A stretch of 56,012 nucleotides of DNA, taken from the IMG/VR virus record IMGVR_UViG_3300027805_000018, positions 1-56,012 of that record. One strand, written 5' to 3'. The position numbers were made by a program, and so were the translations under genes. Shown piece by piece: positions 1-10,452 of the stretch. This stretch comes from a virus. Taxonomy: Duplodnaviria; Caudoviricetes. Within the stretch, counting starts at the first letter, position 1, and every line of letters begins with the position of its first letter. The notes under the pieces were generated by a model. It was not told the origin of the DNA and ran no database searches. It saw only the letters and a program-made list of their open reading frames with translations.

Positions 1-3000
1 AACTAGAGTCAGCTAAATCTTTAGTGTCAAACTCACCCTCATCTAAAGAATCTACATAACTTAATAAGAACTTATCATGAGGCTGATCAACATCTTTTAG
101 AACTTGCAATATGTAAGAAGCGGTTTCTGAAGCCTTTAATCCTAATGTTCCTCTAGAGTAAGCTTTTAATTCATCTAACTGATCATTTAATATATACTCT
201 TTAAACTTAGCGAGGACTGCAGAACCCTTGTATGGCATTGCGCCGCTTGGGGTTACTACTGTTATATCTTTGGATGGATCAACATTAAACAAGTTAAGCC
301 TAGAAAGCTTACCCTTATTTTCAGTTACGTTATGTATAACGTCTCTATCAAACATTTCAAAGCTTCTGAAATAGAAGTCTGGGTCAAGACATCCCACAAC
401 TTCACTATCTTTATTTCTAATCTCTAAAGGAAAATCTGGATATGCATTAAACGAGCCCCATAATTGCTTCATTCTTAAGAATGGATTTTTCTTTGTTCCA
501 AATTCTTCAATCATCTTTCTTTGTTGCTCGGAAGACAATTGTTCACGCTTTTGTTGGAAGATATCAAAGTCCACTAATCTTAAAGAAACATCATAAACGT
601 GTGGGAAGTTTGGTATAGTCGAAACGTTAAAAGAAAGAGGAAGAACATATTTAACTCCAGCTAAAGCTGTTATTATATTCTTGATTCCCAAGAAGCCCAT
701 AACTCCAGCTGCGTGCTCAAGTCTGGCTAGTCCATTAATGTGGTCAAATATTTTTCTTAATTTTATTAATTCTTTTTCGCCAAAAACTTTCATGGAAATA
801 TTTATATAACTATCTCCACCACCAACGTGCTGATAAGTTGGCTCGTCCTGCATTTGGACTTGTAATGGAATTATATTATTGCTCATTGAGATAGAGACGT
901 CAGTAACAATTGCGTGAGCTGGATCTATGTCAACTCTTATCATTGGAACTTCCCACTCTCTTATGTGAAAGCTCCCATTTCTTTCTCTAGCTGCTTCCAT
1001 CAAGTCTCTGATTGGTCCAGCCTTAAAAAATCTTTCGTAGACCATAGCGCTATATCCTGCGGCAAACTGATCTTTAATTATTGATCTTTCTTTTTCTTTC
1101 CATTCAGTATCATTTGTTTTTCCTGTATTTACTGCTCTCTTCTGCAAATACTCATCAACCATAAAGTCAAGGTATGAGCTTGTGCTTAAAGCCTTAGACT
1201 TAAAGAACGACTTTATTTGAGATAGCGTCTCATCTTGGAAAACTATCGCCCCAAAAACATATCTTTCAACATCTTCGTATGCGTTGTCAGTTCTACTAAA
1301 ATCTCTTAAATAAGACTTTCTACCTGAATCAAGTTGTGGATTTTGAAATATAAAACTTGTTATAATAAAATCATAAGCCTTTTTTTGAAAATCTGTTGTA
1401 TTTCTTCCTGCTGTTAATATGTCAATGCTCTGTAGTATTTTTTGATTTACGGTGAATTCAACAACGTTTCCAGTAGAAGTTGTTATAACTGAATCTAAAG
1501 TTCTATGATATCCGGATGATTCATTTACGTCTATACCAAAGTTAGCCAACATTTGATTCCAGAAAGTTCTACCTGTATCAGTTAAACCTTTTTCCTCTTC
1601 AGATCTAAACCCAGATATATCTGGAGTAAATATTTTAGTTTGAGTTTCGGCTGGCATATAGAACGTTAAATTACTACCGTTTGTCCATTCTCTAACTACG
1701 TTAGTTGTGAACACTTCGTTCTTGTAGCCAAGCAGAGCGTCGTTAACAATCTTAGAAGGAGATACGCCAGCTTGAGCTGACAATCTATCGGAGGCTGCCT
1801 GAATTCCTCTTAGATCATCTTGAGTTACTTCTCCATCTCTATCAGTGTCAAGCATTGCTTTTGCAATATCTTGAGTGTTGCTGCCCTCTTTGCCAAACAT
1901 TAAGAATTCTTCATTTATGTAATTATGGAGAGCGCCAGCTGCTTTACCCATATACTGCCTAAATTTACCCCAATGAATAGCTTGGTTAAAGTCATTGAGC
2001 ATTGGTAAGAATGGTTTATGGTTAAAGTTATATAGATTTAATGTAACGACTAACGCAAATGGATAACTTGGTATTGTCGAAATCGACATACCATGTAATG
2101 CAACCCCCGTTATTCCGTATACAGAATTTAAATAATGATTTCTAACTGGAAGGAACGGCGCATACTTAAACGCAGCAACTAGTCCTCTTAGGGATGATAA
2201 AAACTTATCTATCTTTTCTTCATTGTCACCATTACCGCTAAAGTCTATTGTGAAGTTATCCTTTAGTGTAATTTTTGAAGCGTCTTCAATTGATATTCCC
2301 CAAATTTCTTCGTAGTTAGGGAAAAACAATTGCATGCTAATAGTTGTATGCTTATATCCTGAATTAAACTTTGGGCTATTCTTTTGTCTTAGTGCGCCTT
2401 CGCCCATGCTACTTGTTTTAAATTGAGTTTGAACATCAATTCCAATTGGTGGAACATAAAAATTAGCTGCTCCCAATCTAAGATGGAATATGTCCGGAGA
2501 AGATGGTGGGATATTTTGTCTAAATGGAAATTCTGAAATTGCTTTTTCTATTCTTTGACCAGTATTAATTAAATCCCATGCGCCAGTAAAAATATTTTCA
2601 CCATTCACTTGACCAAGAGATGCCATCAAATCATTTAATATTGCCTGACCATCATTAAGTGGATCTTCTGCGCCGCCGCCTTTTCCATCGTTTGAGTAGT
2701 CAGCGGTTACAGCTAATGCCGTAAAGAAAAAATTAACTAGTTCTGGGAAATACCTGTAAATAGTAGCTAATGTTACAGGATCTCTAGATAGCCTTTGCAG
2801 CACTACGGTAAGCTGTTGGAGCCAACCAGTATCTCTCACTCCGTCTAATACGTTTGCTGCACCTGCGCTACCCTTAACTCTGTCAAGAGTAGATAATCTA
2901 GCTCTACCATATGCTTGCATTGCATCGATGTAGCTTAATAAATCAAATAACCCCGATGCTTCGATCTTGTCAAATAAAGATTTTTGATAAGTATCATTTA

Positions 3001-3814
3001 ACTTAACGATATCCATAGTTGGAGATGCAACTGCTATAAATTGATTAACGTAGTTGTCCTGAAAAGCCCTATCGTAAACAAAACTTGCATTGTTTTTTCT
3101 TACTAGGCTTTCATAATACGCAGAAATTGAGGAATAAGAACTATCTGAATGATCAAAACCAATTATGGCCGCTCCACGAGATATAAATTCTTCTAAAACT
3201 GCTGCTCTTTCTATTGCTGGACCAAGTAAATCTTCTTCAACGGCTGGAGGTTCTTGAACATCTTCTGGTGTTTGTGGTGTGTCTGCTGGATTATCACTAC
3301 CTATATTGAAATCTTTTACTCTTTGTCCAATAAAACTAGCCATTATTGTAGCTGACTCTATGTGGTGCCAGCAACCGCTAGCATTAGAATAGGCAGCACT
3401 ATACCATTCTTCAAACGCTTTTGCGTAAGCTACATCTGTTAGGTCAATATTTTTAGTTGGTATTTTTTTATCAAACTTCTTCAGGATGCTGTTGACTATA
3501 TAATCTACTGGATTTTCGCCAGTTCTTGTATCCTGTCGTTTAAGTGCCCTAATTGCTGCATTTCGCCAAGCAACGTCGTTAAAATCAGGTGGAGCAATTT
3601 TAATACCCCATGGCAATCGGATACCAGCCCATACCCCTATTGTGCCTTCAAAGCCAGGTAGAACTGTTTGTAATTTAGCTAATGCAGCACCAGGTAATAT
3701 ATTTGAATTTGTATTTAATGTTATCTGTTGAATTTCAAGAAAGTAATCGTCTGCTTGCTGCTTGGTGGTAAACTGTTCTTTTATATAATCGAATGCTTGT
3801 TGATTTATCGTCAT
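1..3814 (-). CDS. Large virion protein, probably baseplate hub/tail-initiation type (partial, >1270 aa, runs off the left edge)
   Basis: Translated by hand from ATG 3814 (MTINQQAFDYIKEQ...), open to position 1. It is absent from the ORF track because its stop lies outside the window. Two related segments (SISTIPSYPFALVVTLNL / NVSTIPNFPHVYDVSLRL); lies downstream of the tail genes. Confidence 0.6.
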   Translation of the reverse strand, partial: MTINQQAFDYIKEQFTTKQQADDYFLEIQQITLNTNSNILPGAALAKLQTVLPGFEGTIGVWAGIRLPWGIKIAPPDFNDVAWRNAAIRALKRQDTRTGENPVDYIVNSILKKFDKKIPTKNIDLTDVAYAKAFEEWYSAAYSNASGCWHHIESATIMASFIGQRVKDFNIGSDNPADTPQTPEDVQEPPAVEEDLLGPAIERAAVLEEFISRGAAIIGFDHSDSSYSSISAYYESLVRKNNASFVYDRAFQDNYVNQFIAVASPTMDIVKLNDTYQKSLFDKIEASGLFDLLSYIDAMQAYGRARLSTLDRVKGSAGAANVLDGVRDTGWLQQLTVVLQRLSRDPVTLATIYRYFPELVNFFFTALAVTADYSNDGKGGGAEDPLNDGQAILNDLMASLGQVNGENIFTGAWDLINTGQRIEKAISEFPFRQNIPPSSPDIFHLRLGAANFYVPPIGIDVQTQFKTSSMGEGALRQKNSPKFNSGYKHTTISMQLFFPNYEEIWGISIEDASKITLKDNFTIDFSGNGDNEEKIDKFLSSLRGLVAAFKYAPFLPVRNHYLNSVYGITGVALHGMSISTIPSYPFALVVTLNLYNFNHKPFLPMLNDFNQAIHWGKFRQYMGKAAGALHNYINEEFLMFGKEGSNTQDIAKAMLDTDRDGEVTQDDLRGIQAASDRLSAQAGVSPSKIVNDALLGYKNEVFTTNVVREWTNGSNLTFYMPAETQTKIFTPDISGFRSEEEKGLTDTGRTFWNQMLANFGIDVNESSGYHRTLDSVITTSTGNVVEFTVNQKILQSIDILTAGRNTTDFQKKAYDFIITSFIFQNPQLDSGRKSYLRDFSRTDNAYEDVERYVFGAIVFQDETLSQIKSFFKSKALSTSSYLDFMVDEYLQKRAVNTGKTNDTEWKEKERSIIKDQFAAGYSAMVYERFFKAGPIRDLMEAARERNGSFHIREWEVPMIRVDIDPAHAIVTDVSISMSNNIIPLQVQMQDEPTYQHVGGGDSYINISMKVFGEKELIKLRKIFDHINGLARLEHAAGVMGFLGIKNIITALAGVKYVLPLSFNVSTIPNFPHVYDVSLRLVDFDIFQQKREQLSSEQQRKMIEEFGTKKNPFLRMKQLWGSFNAYPDFPLEIRNKDSEVVGCLDPDFYFRSFEMFDRDVIHNVTENKGKLSRLNLFNVDPSKDITVVTPSGAMPYKGSAVLAKFKEYILNDQLDELKAYSRGTLGLKASETASYILQVLKDVDQPHDKFLLSYVDSLDEGEFDTKDLADSS

Positions 3815-3819
3815 AGATA

Positions 3820-4291
3820 TTACCTAAACATTCCTTCTATTTTACGCATTTGCAACAATCTGTCTCCAGAAGAATTTCTTTTTAAAGCACTTGAATAGTT
3901 ATCTATTATAGCAGAATTTTTTATATTATTTGAATTATTTTTAAATGTTAAAGGATCACCAGTAAGTGAATAACTTTTTTTATTATATCTTGCTTGTTGG
4001 TTAACTGGGTTATCATAACCTGCTCCATTGGATTGGATATAGGCTGGAGATGAATTCATGTATCCCTCATAAGATCCTTTTAGTGGATCAGATGGGACTT
4101 GTGATTCTGGAGAATATCCCTGTATGCTCGGTGACCTTGAGTCATTAGTTTTTTTAGCTAGACCGTGAATTAACTATTGCACCAGCTGGACCAGAGTTAC
4201 CGCTGTTAGCTTTTGGTCCAGAAGCAGCTGCAACTAGGTTGGCATTAGCATTAGCTACGCCACCAGATCCAGTAGGAACATTATCAGCCAT
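3820..4291 (-). CDS. Hypothetical virion-module protein, 156 aa, with a +1 shift at CGGT 4165-4162
   Basis: ATG 4291 has AAGGA upstream; 42 codons (MADNVPTG...AIVNS), then CGG TCT AGC TAA. Skipping C4165 gives GGT CTA GCT AAA..., which runs in frame into track ORF 3820..4059. Confidence 0.75.
4162..4165 (-). other. +1 recoding site 1 (TCA CGG T), codon 43
   Basis: In-frame CGG at the junction of two frames; 0-frame stop 2 codons later. Confidence 0.8.
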
Positions 4292-4317
4292 AAAGTAATT
4301 TATCCTTTAATTTAAAA

Positions 4318-7300
4318 TTAGAAAGAACCCGCTATATCGTCGTAAGGATTACGTCCTAAAGAAGGGAGGCCATCATGCATAGTACCTTGAATATTTCCAT
4401 TTGTTACTAATCCGTGCCCTATTCATGAATTCTTCTATCTTATCTTGATCTCCATTTACCGATATGTTATAAGACATTCCTTGACCATTTTGGGAAATTG
4501 GCGCGTCAGAGAACTGCATAGGATCATTAGGTATTCTTTCATACGGGTTTCCTCCAGGCAATAGTGGTGGACCGGACATAGCTTCTTGTGTGTGTTCTTT
4601 TTTGTTAATTGAACCAAAGATCGCTAATCCAGTAGCGATTGCAGCTACACCAGCTATTTTTCCTTTATTTTTTAATGCTCCTTCGTACAACTCTCTCATT
4701 TGTGGTGACTTCATAAAGTCTTGAATTCTTGTGTACTTTCCAGGAGCAACTGGACCAGTGTCAGCAAATGTACTACTAACAGCTGACCTAGCTAATCTCT
4801 CTGTTTTTTCATCAGCCTCAAGCTTAAAACCATCTACCATTCTTCTTATTGCTTCATCTATCGTCTCCATTGGCCTTTCTCCCGGAGCCGATCTTAGAGT
4901 AGGGGTTACTATACCTTCTGCTGTTACCTCACCACCCTCTAACATAGCGTCAAATGCAAGATATTCTGGACGCTGAGATTCTAATTGTGCGGTGTATCTT
5001 TTTCTAATCGTGCCAATTAATCTTATTCTATTTGTAATTTCTTGCGCAATTTCTTCTTCTGTTTTACCAGCAGAAGCGTCTCTAATTCTTTGACCAATAA
5101 TACCTCCTTCCAAATCTAAATTATCTCCGTCAAAAGCAAGAAAGTCTTCTAAAAGTTCCAAGTCTATTGATGAACCAGCCATGCCATCTAGAACTTGCTG
5201 CACTTCTTCTGCGTTAACCAGTTTTGGAATTGATTTTAAAAGTCCTGTTTCAATATTTGTTGCTGATTTTTTATCTACCTGAAATAATTTAGACAGAAAA
5301 TCTTTATTCATTAAGTTTTCTGGAACGTCTAGATCTGGATCAGTAATCATGCGATTGTCAGAAAGTGCTTTAATTAAAACAGCCATATCATCAGTTTGTT
5401 TTTGTGCTAAAAAACCAGTTAACATTAATTCATTTTTATTTCTTACAAAAGCAGAAAGTTGTTGAACAGAAAATTTTTCCATTCCAGGTACTTCAATTAC
5501 AATTGGTTTATCTGAGCTTAACACATTTTCCAACATGTACCCCATGGCACTGAGAGTCTCTTCGATCATACTAGGATTTGACATACGTGTTGCGTTTTTC
5601 ATTTCTTCTATTTCAAACAATAGTTTTTCCATAACTAGTTCTGGTCCAATTGTTACTTCTTTATCCATAAATCTTTGGATGTGAGCTGTAAAGAATTCTT
5701 GAATAGCAGTTCCAGCTTCTTGTTGAGCAAAGTTTTCTGATGCCTTTAATCTGCCCATAACTATAGTTTTTGCCTGATCAAAAGAACTACGTGATTGTCG
5801 TTTTAATAATTGATCTATGTCGCTTTGAGATAATACACCTCTCTCAACTAATTTGCTTGCCAACTTTCCACCAGGATTAAGCGTAAACATATTGAAGTTA
5901 ACGTCTTTAACTTCTCTTAAAAGATTATTTTCAATAACTAAATCTTGCATTGATTTTCCAAAAAAATTAGCGCCCTCTAAACGACCTGTAAGAGTGTCTG
6001 TTAAGTTATTCATGGCCTGATCTAGTGGTCCCGTTTTAAGCCTGGCAGCTAATGGTTCAGACGGAGCAAAGGGGTTATACTTTATTCTTCCCAATCTGTT
6101 TTCTTCTAAGGCTATATCCTTCATCGCACTTTGCATAACGTCGTCTACGTTTACTGTTCCAAAATTTTCTTTACCGTCCTTATCTAAGCCCATTATCTTA
6201 AGAAGTTGTAATTTAACTTGCTCTCCTTTTACTTTATTTCCCTTTCCTCCAGCTCTAGTTAAATTGTCTATTTGGCTTATCACGCTACCTTCTGGCATTT
6301 CCATGCCGTGTGCGTCGTATACTTCTCTACCTCCATCTGCAATCGAATCCAATACCCTGTTAATATCACCGTATTCTGTTTTACTCGTTATGCCTGATAG
6401 TTTTAAATGTGTGGCATACTCGTCAAAACCAACCATTCCTATTCCGCTAAAATCTATGTCAGGATACAACTCTTGTAGTGCTCTTATCATCCCCATTTGC
6501 TTTGCCGTATTAGAAACAAGTGCGTTTCCTACATTTTCTGATGTTAGATTTACTAAACTAATTAGTTTTTGACTAGCTTTATTATTTTTTGTAAGTACTG
6601 CTCTAACAATACTTGGATTATCCATATCTTCAGTGTCAATCCCTGCTGCTCTTGCTATTTTCCTTAATTCTGTAGTATCATCTTCTGACATAAGGGAAAA
6701 AATTGCGTTTGATAAACTTGTTTGAGCCATCTCTTCAGAAAAACCAGCTTCTCTAGTAAGATTAAATGCCATAAGTAGTTCTTTATTTGTTGCAAGCAGA
6801 TTTATTTTCATATCTGCACCTACTGCAGCGTCGATTGCACCTTCTGGATTAAATACAAGTGATGTAGCAGCTTCGAGCTTTGTAGCTAATTCTTCTAATT
6901 GTGGAAGAGCATTGGTGCGTGCATAATCTCTTATTCTACCTGCTGCTGCCAGTCTTTGTTCTTCTGAAGATACTGCCCAACCAAGTCTATTAACATATTT
7001 ACCTAATTCTCCACGAGCAGATGACATTGACTTCACTCCAGATGCTTGGAACATTGAATCAAGGGCAATTCTCGCTCCGCAATGCTATCTCTTCTGATTC
7101 ACTCCTAGCCATTCTTCCCGACATTCTAACAGCAAATTCCATAGGCGTGATTGATCTATCTGCTGATTCAGTGGATATTCTCTTAAACGCTTCCTTGTAA
7201 GAGCCTGCCCCAACATTTGAATCATATATTTTTTCAATTGCTTTAATAAAATTTTCATCTGCTTCAGGAACCGCTGAAGATTTTAAAATTTGAGTTAAAC

Positions 7301-10300
7301 TACTTTGCCTATAACTAGCTATGAGTCCAGCGTCTCCGGTTTTGAGCGCTTCGTCAATGTTTAAAGCTAACATTGTTCCAGCTTTAGTCGAAGCTGCTTT
7401 TTCAAGTATTACTTTTGATGTTGCGCCAATATTCAGATATTTATGCTTTACGGCTTTAACACCATCTGTCCCAGCCCCCATGTACTTATTTGCAAAGTCA
7501 TCTACGTTAACACCGACTTGTCCATCAAATAAGTCAACTACTTTTCCTGTCTCTCCCTCTCCATTTAAATCAACTAATTTAAATATTGCTCTTTGTAAAT
7601 CTTCTTGAGTTATATCTCCAGCGGACTGCTTAAAATGCCTTGCTATAGGTTCCTGTCCATGAGCTAGCGCGTTTAAGTATTTAAATATTTTATCTTCTTT
7701 ACTCAATAATTCCATAGCTTCAGCTGAAGGTTGATCACTTAAATCAAATGAAAGACTCTGAATAAATCCAGTTCTATCATTTATCATTTCAGACACTGCG
7801 TTAGAAACACTTCTAAACTTTTGTCCCATTTGAGTTTCGTCTCCGAACATTCTCATTATCGTACCTTCATCTAAATGTGGCGATAACAAAGCAAATTCTT
7901 GAGGTCCAGTTGGTTGACGCCAAGCAAATGCCACAAGCTGTCTCACGCCTTGAGAATTTTTAACTGATTGCAAATTAGTTATCCACTTGTCGTCTAAGTC
8001 GAATCCACCACCAGCTTCATATAAACCTAAACTCGTAGAAGCAATGTCTGGAAGTAGCATTTTGTGCCCAACATGTCTAAATTTAAATAAAGATAAATCA
8101 ACAGTCCCATCATCTAGTTGGTCTCCTAAACTAGCTGTAAACCTACCAAATGTTGTATCATCGGTAACGCCAAGAACTTTTTTCTTACCACGTCTCGATA
8201 CTGCTCCTTCAGTATCTATAGCTTGCCTTTGTGCATATGGCATTACGTAATTAAATACGTCAATGTCATCAACTTTTCCACCGACATATCTCTTATATGT
8301 TTTCTTAGTTATAAATGCTTCTCTTTTAGCTTGTTTTAATAGCTGGTTAGCAAGTTCGGGTATTTCGTTAACCTTTACTTGTCCCGATGACAGCATCTGC
8401 TGAAGGTTTCTTGCAACTGTTCTAATTCTAACAGCGTTTTCCCTACTGCCAAATCTTTCAACCAATGTTTCTGCATCCATACCTTCTAAGTCAAGTGCAG
8501 CATCGCTTAATATAGATCTTCTCATTCTTTCGCTAACAATGCCCTTAGAGATGTTTTCTATTTCACCTTTAAGAACTTCAGCGCTTTCTTGAACTTGTCT
8601 CTTAAATTCTTTACCATACTGTTCTCTATGAAATATTACTGCTTGTGGTTCACTATAGACCATATCTCTACCATGCCCGGTGCTTACATTCATTGTAATT
8701 TGCTGACCAACATGTGGACCCAATTCTTCACTTCCAGGAGCTGCTAATCTACCAAAACTGATTTCCTTCTTGAGAAGTTCAGTTGAACCAGCGCCTATAT
8801 ATCCCAATCTAGCTAAACGATCTTCTATTTTTCCTTGTATCAAATCAAAAACAGATTTACCTTGTCCTTTACCAATGAACATTCTAGCTGTATCGTGTTG
8901 AAATTCTCTTAAAGAAAGTTTCCCCCCTTTTAAATATGCGTCAGAATTAGTTACAATTCTATCTAACTGAGTTTTAAAATTATCAATCTTTCCAGTAAGA
9001 TGTATAAATTCATCACTTCCTTCTGTGTAAGAAGATAATATTCCTCTAGCTTCATCTATAGAGGCTTTTAGGCTTTCTGCGTGTTGCCTCATTGGCACAC
9101 CGGTGATAAAACCAGAACCGTCATCTATTTTTTTCATTTCACCTAAGGCACGTACATACCTTTCGTATTTGCTTTTTATAACTGGATCCATTCCATCTTG
9201 ACCAGCTGTTTTTTCCATTCTTGAAATAATATCTTCAAGTGATATTTTTTGATTTTTTTTATCTGCAATAGTTTCCCTAAATTGAGACTGTATTACACTT
9301 GCAAATTCGTTAAATTCTTCATCTCCAGCTAATCCTTGAAGCTCTAAAGCTGAACGAAAATACTGTTGTGCTGATTGAGTTGTTTCGCCTTCCATCGCAA
9401 TTCGCGTTCCAAGCCTTTCTCTTATTACGCCCAATCTACCTTCTCTGGTAAGAGATGTATCGCCTAACAATGTATTAGTGTAGCTTGCTTCTAGGTCAAA
9501 AGCTTTTAGAGTTGTTTCTAATGCTGGATCAAAAAATAAATATGAATCTTCAAGAGTTTTTGGAGCAACATCTTTAAATCTATCATTTACTTTTGTTGAT
9601 AAATGACTGACCATTTTTCCAATTCCCTCTTGGTCAATAACCATGTTTCTTTCTACTAAGCTCTGCCATTGTCTTTTTTGAGATTTTCCAATTTGACTAC
9701 CCAATATCTGTTCTGCATTTTTTCCAAGGTTCATGGAACCATCAGCACTCAATGGGTCTATCATTTTTGCCAATCTGCCTACGTTAAAGAATTGAGCGTC
9801 CAATGTGTTGAATAAAGAAACTGTTTCTTCACCACTTAAGTACTTATATCCTTCGTCAGTTTTGTATCTTAACCTAAGTAGTATTGAAGCTCCATCTCTA
9901 GAAGCTAAATATCCCGGTGGTAAAATATCACCACTTGCTAATCTACTTGCTATACCATCACCAGCCATAATGTCTAAATCTGGAAAACTTATTACGTCAT
10001 TATATAATTTAGCCATTTGATCTATTGTTTCTTCTGATGTATCAGAGTACCCAATTCTCACTAGCTCAATATTTTTTCCCTCTAAACCACTAAGAACTTT
10101 GTGCTTTGATCTAAATTCTGTTGCTTCTGGATTATCTAATCTCAAATATTGATTAATATTGTAAGTTAGGTCAGATAAAGGGCCAAACCCAGATGGATCA
10201 GGAGATAGAACTCCTCTTGATCCAGTAAATACATTTACTTCAGACATACCAAGTCTAGCGGTGCCTTTTATTGCGTCGTCTAAGGTTTCATAAGGCTTTC

Positions 10301-10448
10301 CTGTTGCAGTATTAATTAGTTTATTATTTTCGTCAAACCTTATTAAACCTCTTGTATATATTTCTTGTTGCTCTACAAGAGATCTAGGAAGTTCGCTGAC
10401 TGGCGTACCAAGACCTTTGACAAATGTTGATTTTTTTGCTGCTGCCAT
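4318..10448 (-). CDS. Giant virion protein (~2042 aa) joined by two +1 shifts; N-terminal half has two-barrel RNA-polymerase-like motifs
   Basis: Track ORFs 7059..10448 and 4373..7054 join via TTG (C)GGA GCG AGA ATT GCC CTT GAT TCA ATG. A second shift at GCA (C)GGA gives the C-terminus GLVTNGNIQGTMHDGLPSLGRNPYDDIAGSF*, ending at 4318 just before the next gene's RBS. Confidence 0.7.
4411..4414 (-). other. +1 recoding site 2 (GCA CGG A), 31 codons before the shifted stop
   Basis: In-frame CGG. The shifted frame fills the gap to the next gene. Weakest site, because the 0-frame also continues 12 codons to a stop. Confidence 0.65.
7076..7079 (-). other. +1 recoding site 3 (TTG CGG A), codon 1124
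   Basis: Joins the 1129-aa and 893-aa track ORFs; no clear RBS before ATG 7054. Confidence 0.8.
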
Positions 10449-10452
10449 ATTA

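Noticed and set aside
5123-5137. AFDGD as an RNA polymerase NADFDGD catalytic motif
   Set aside because: It lacks the first Asp and sits in an acidic, helical-looking region with no supporting motifs; probably chance.
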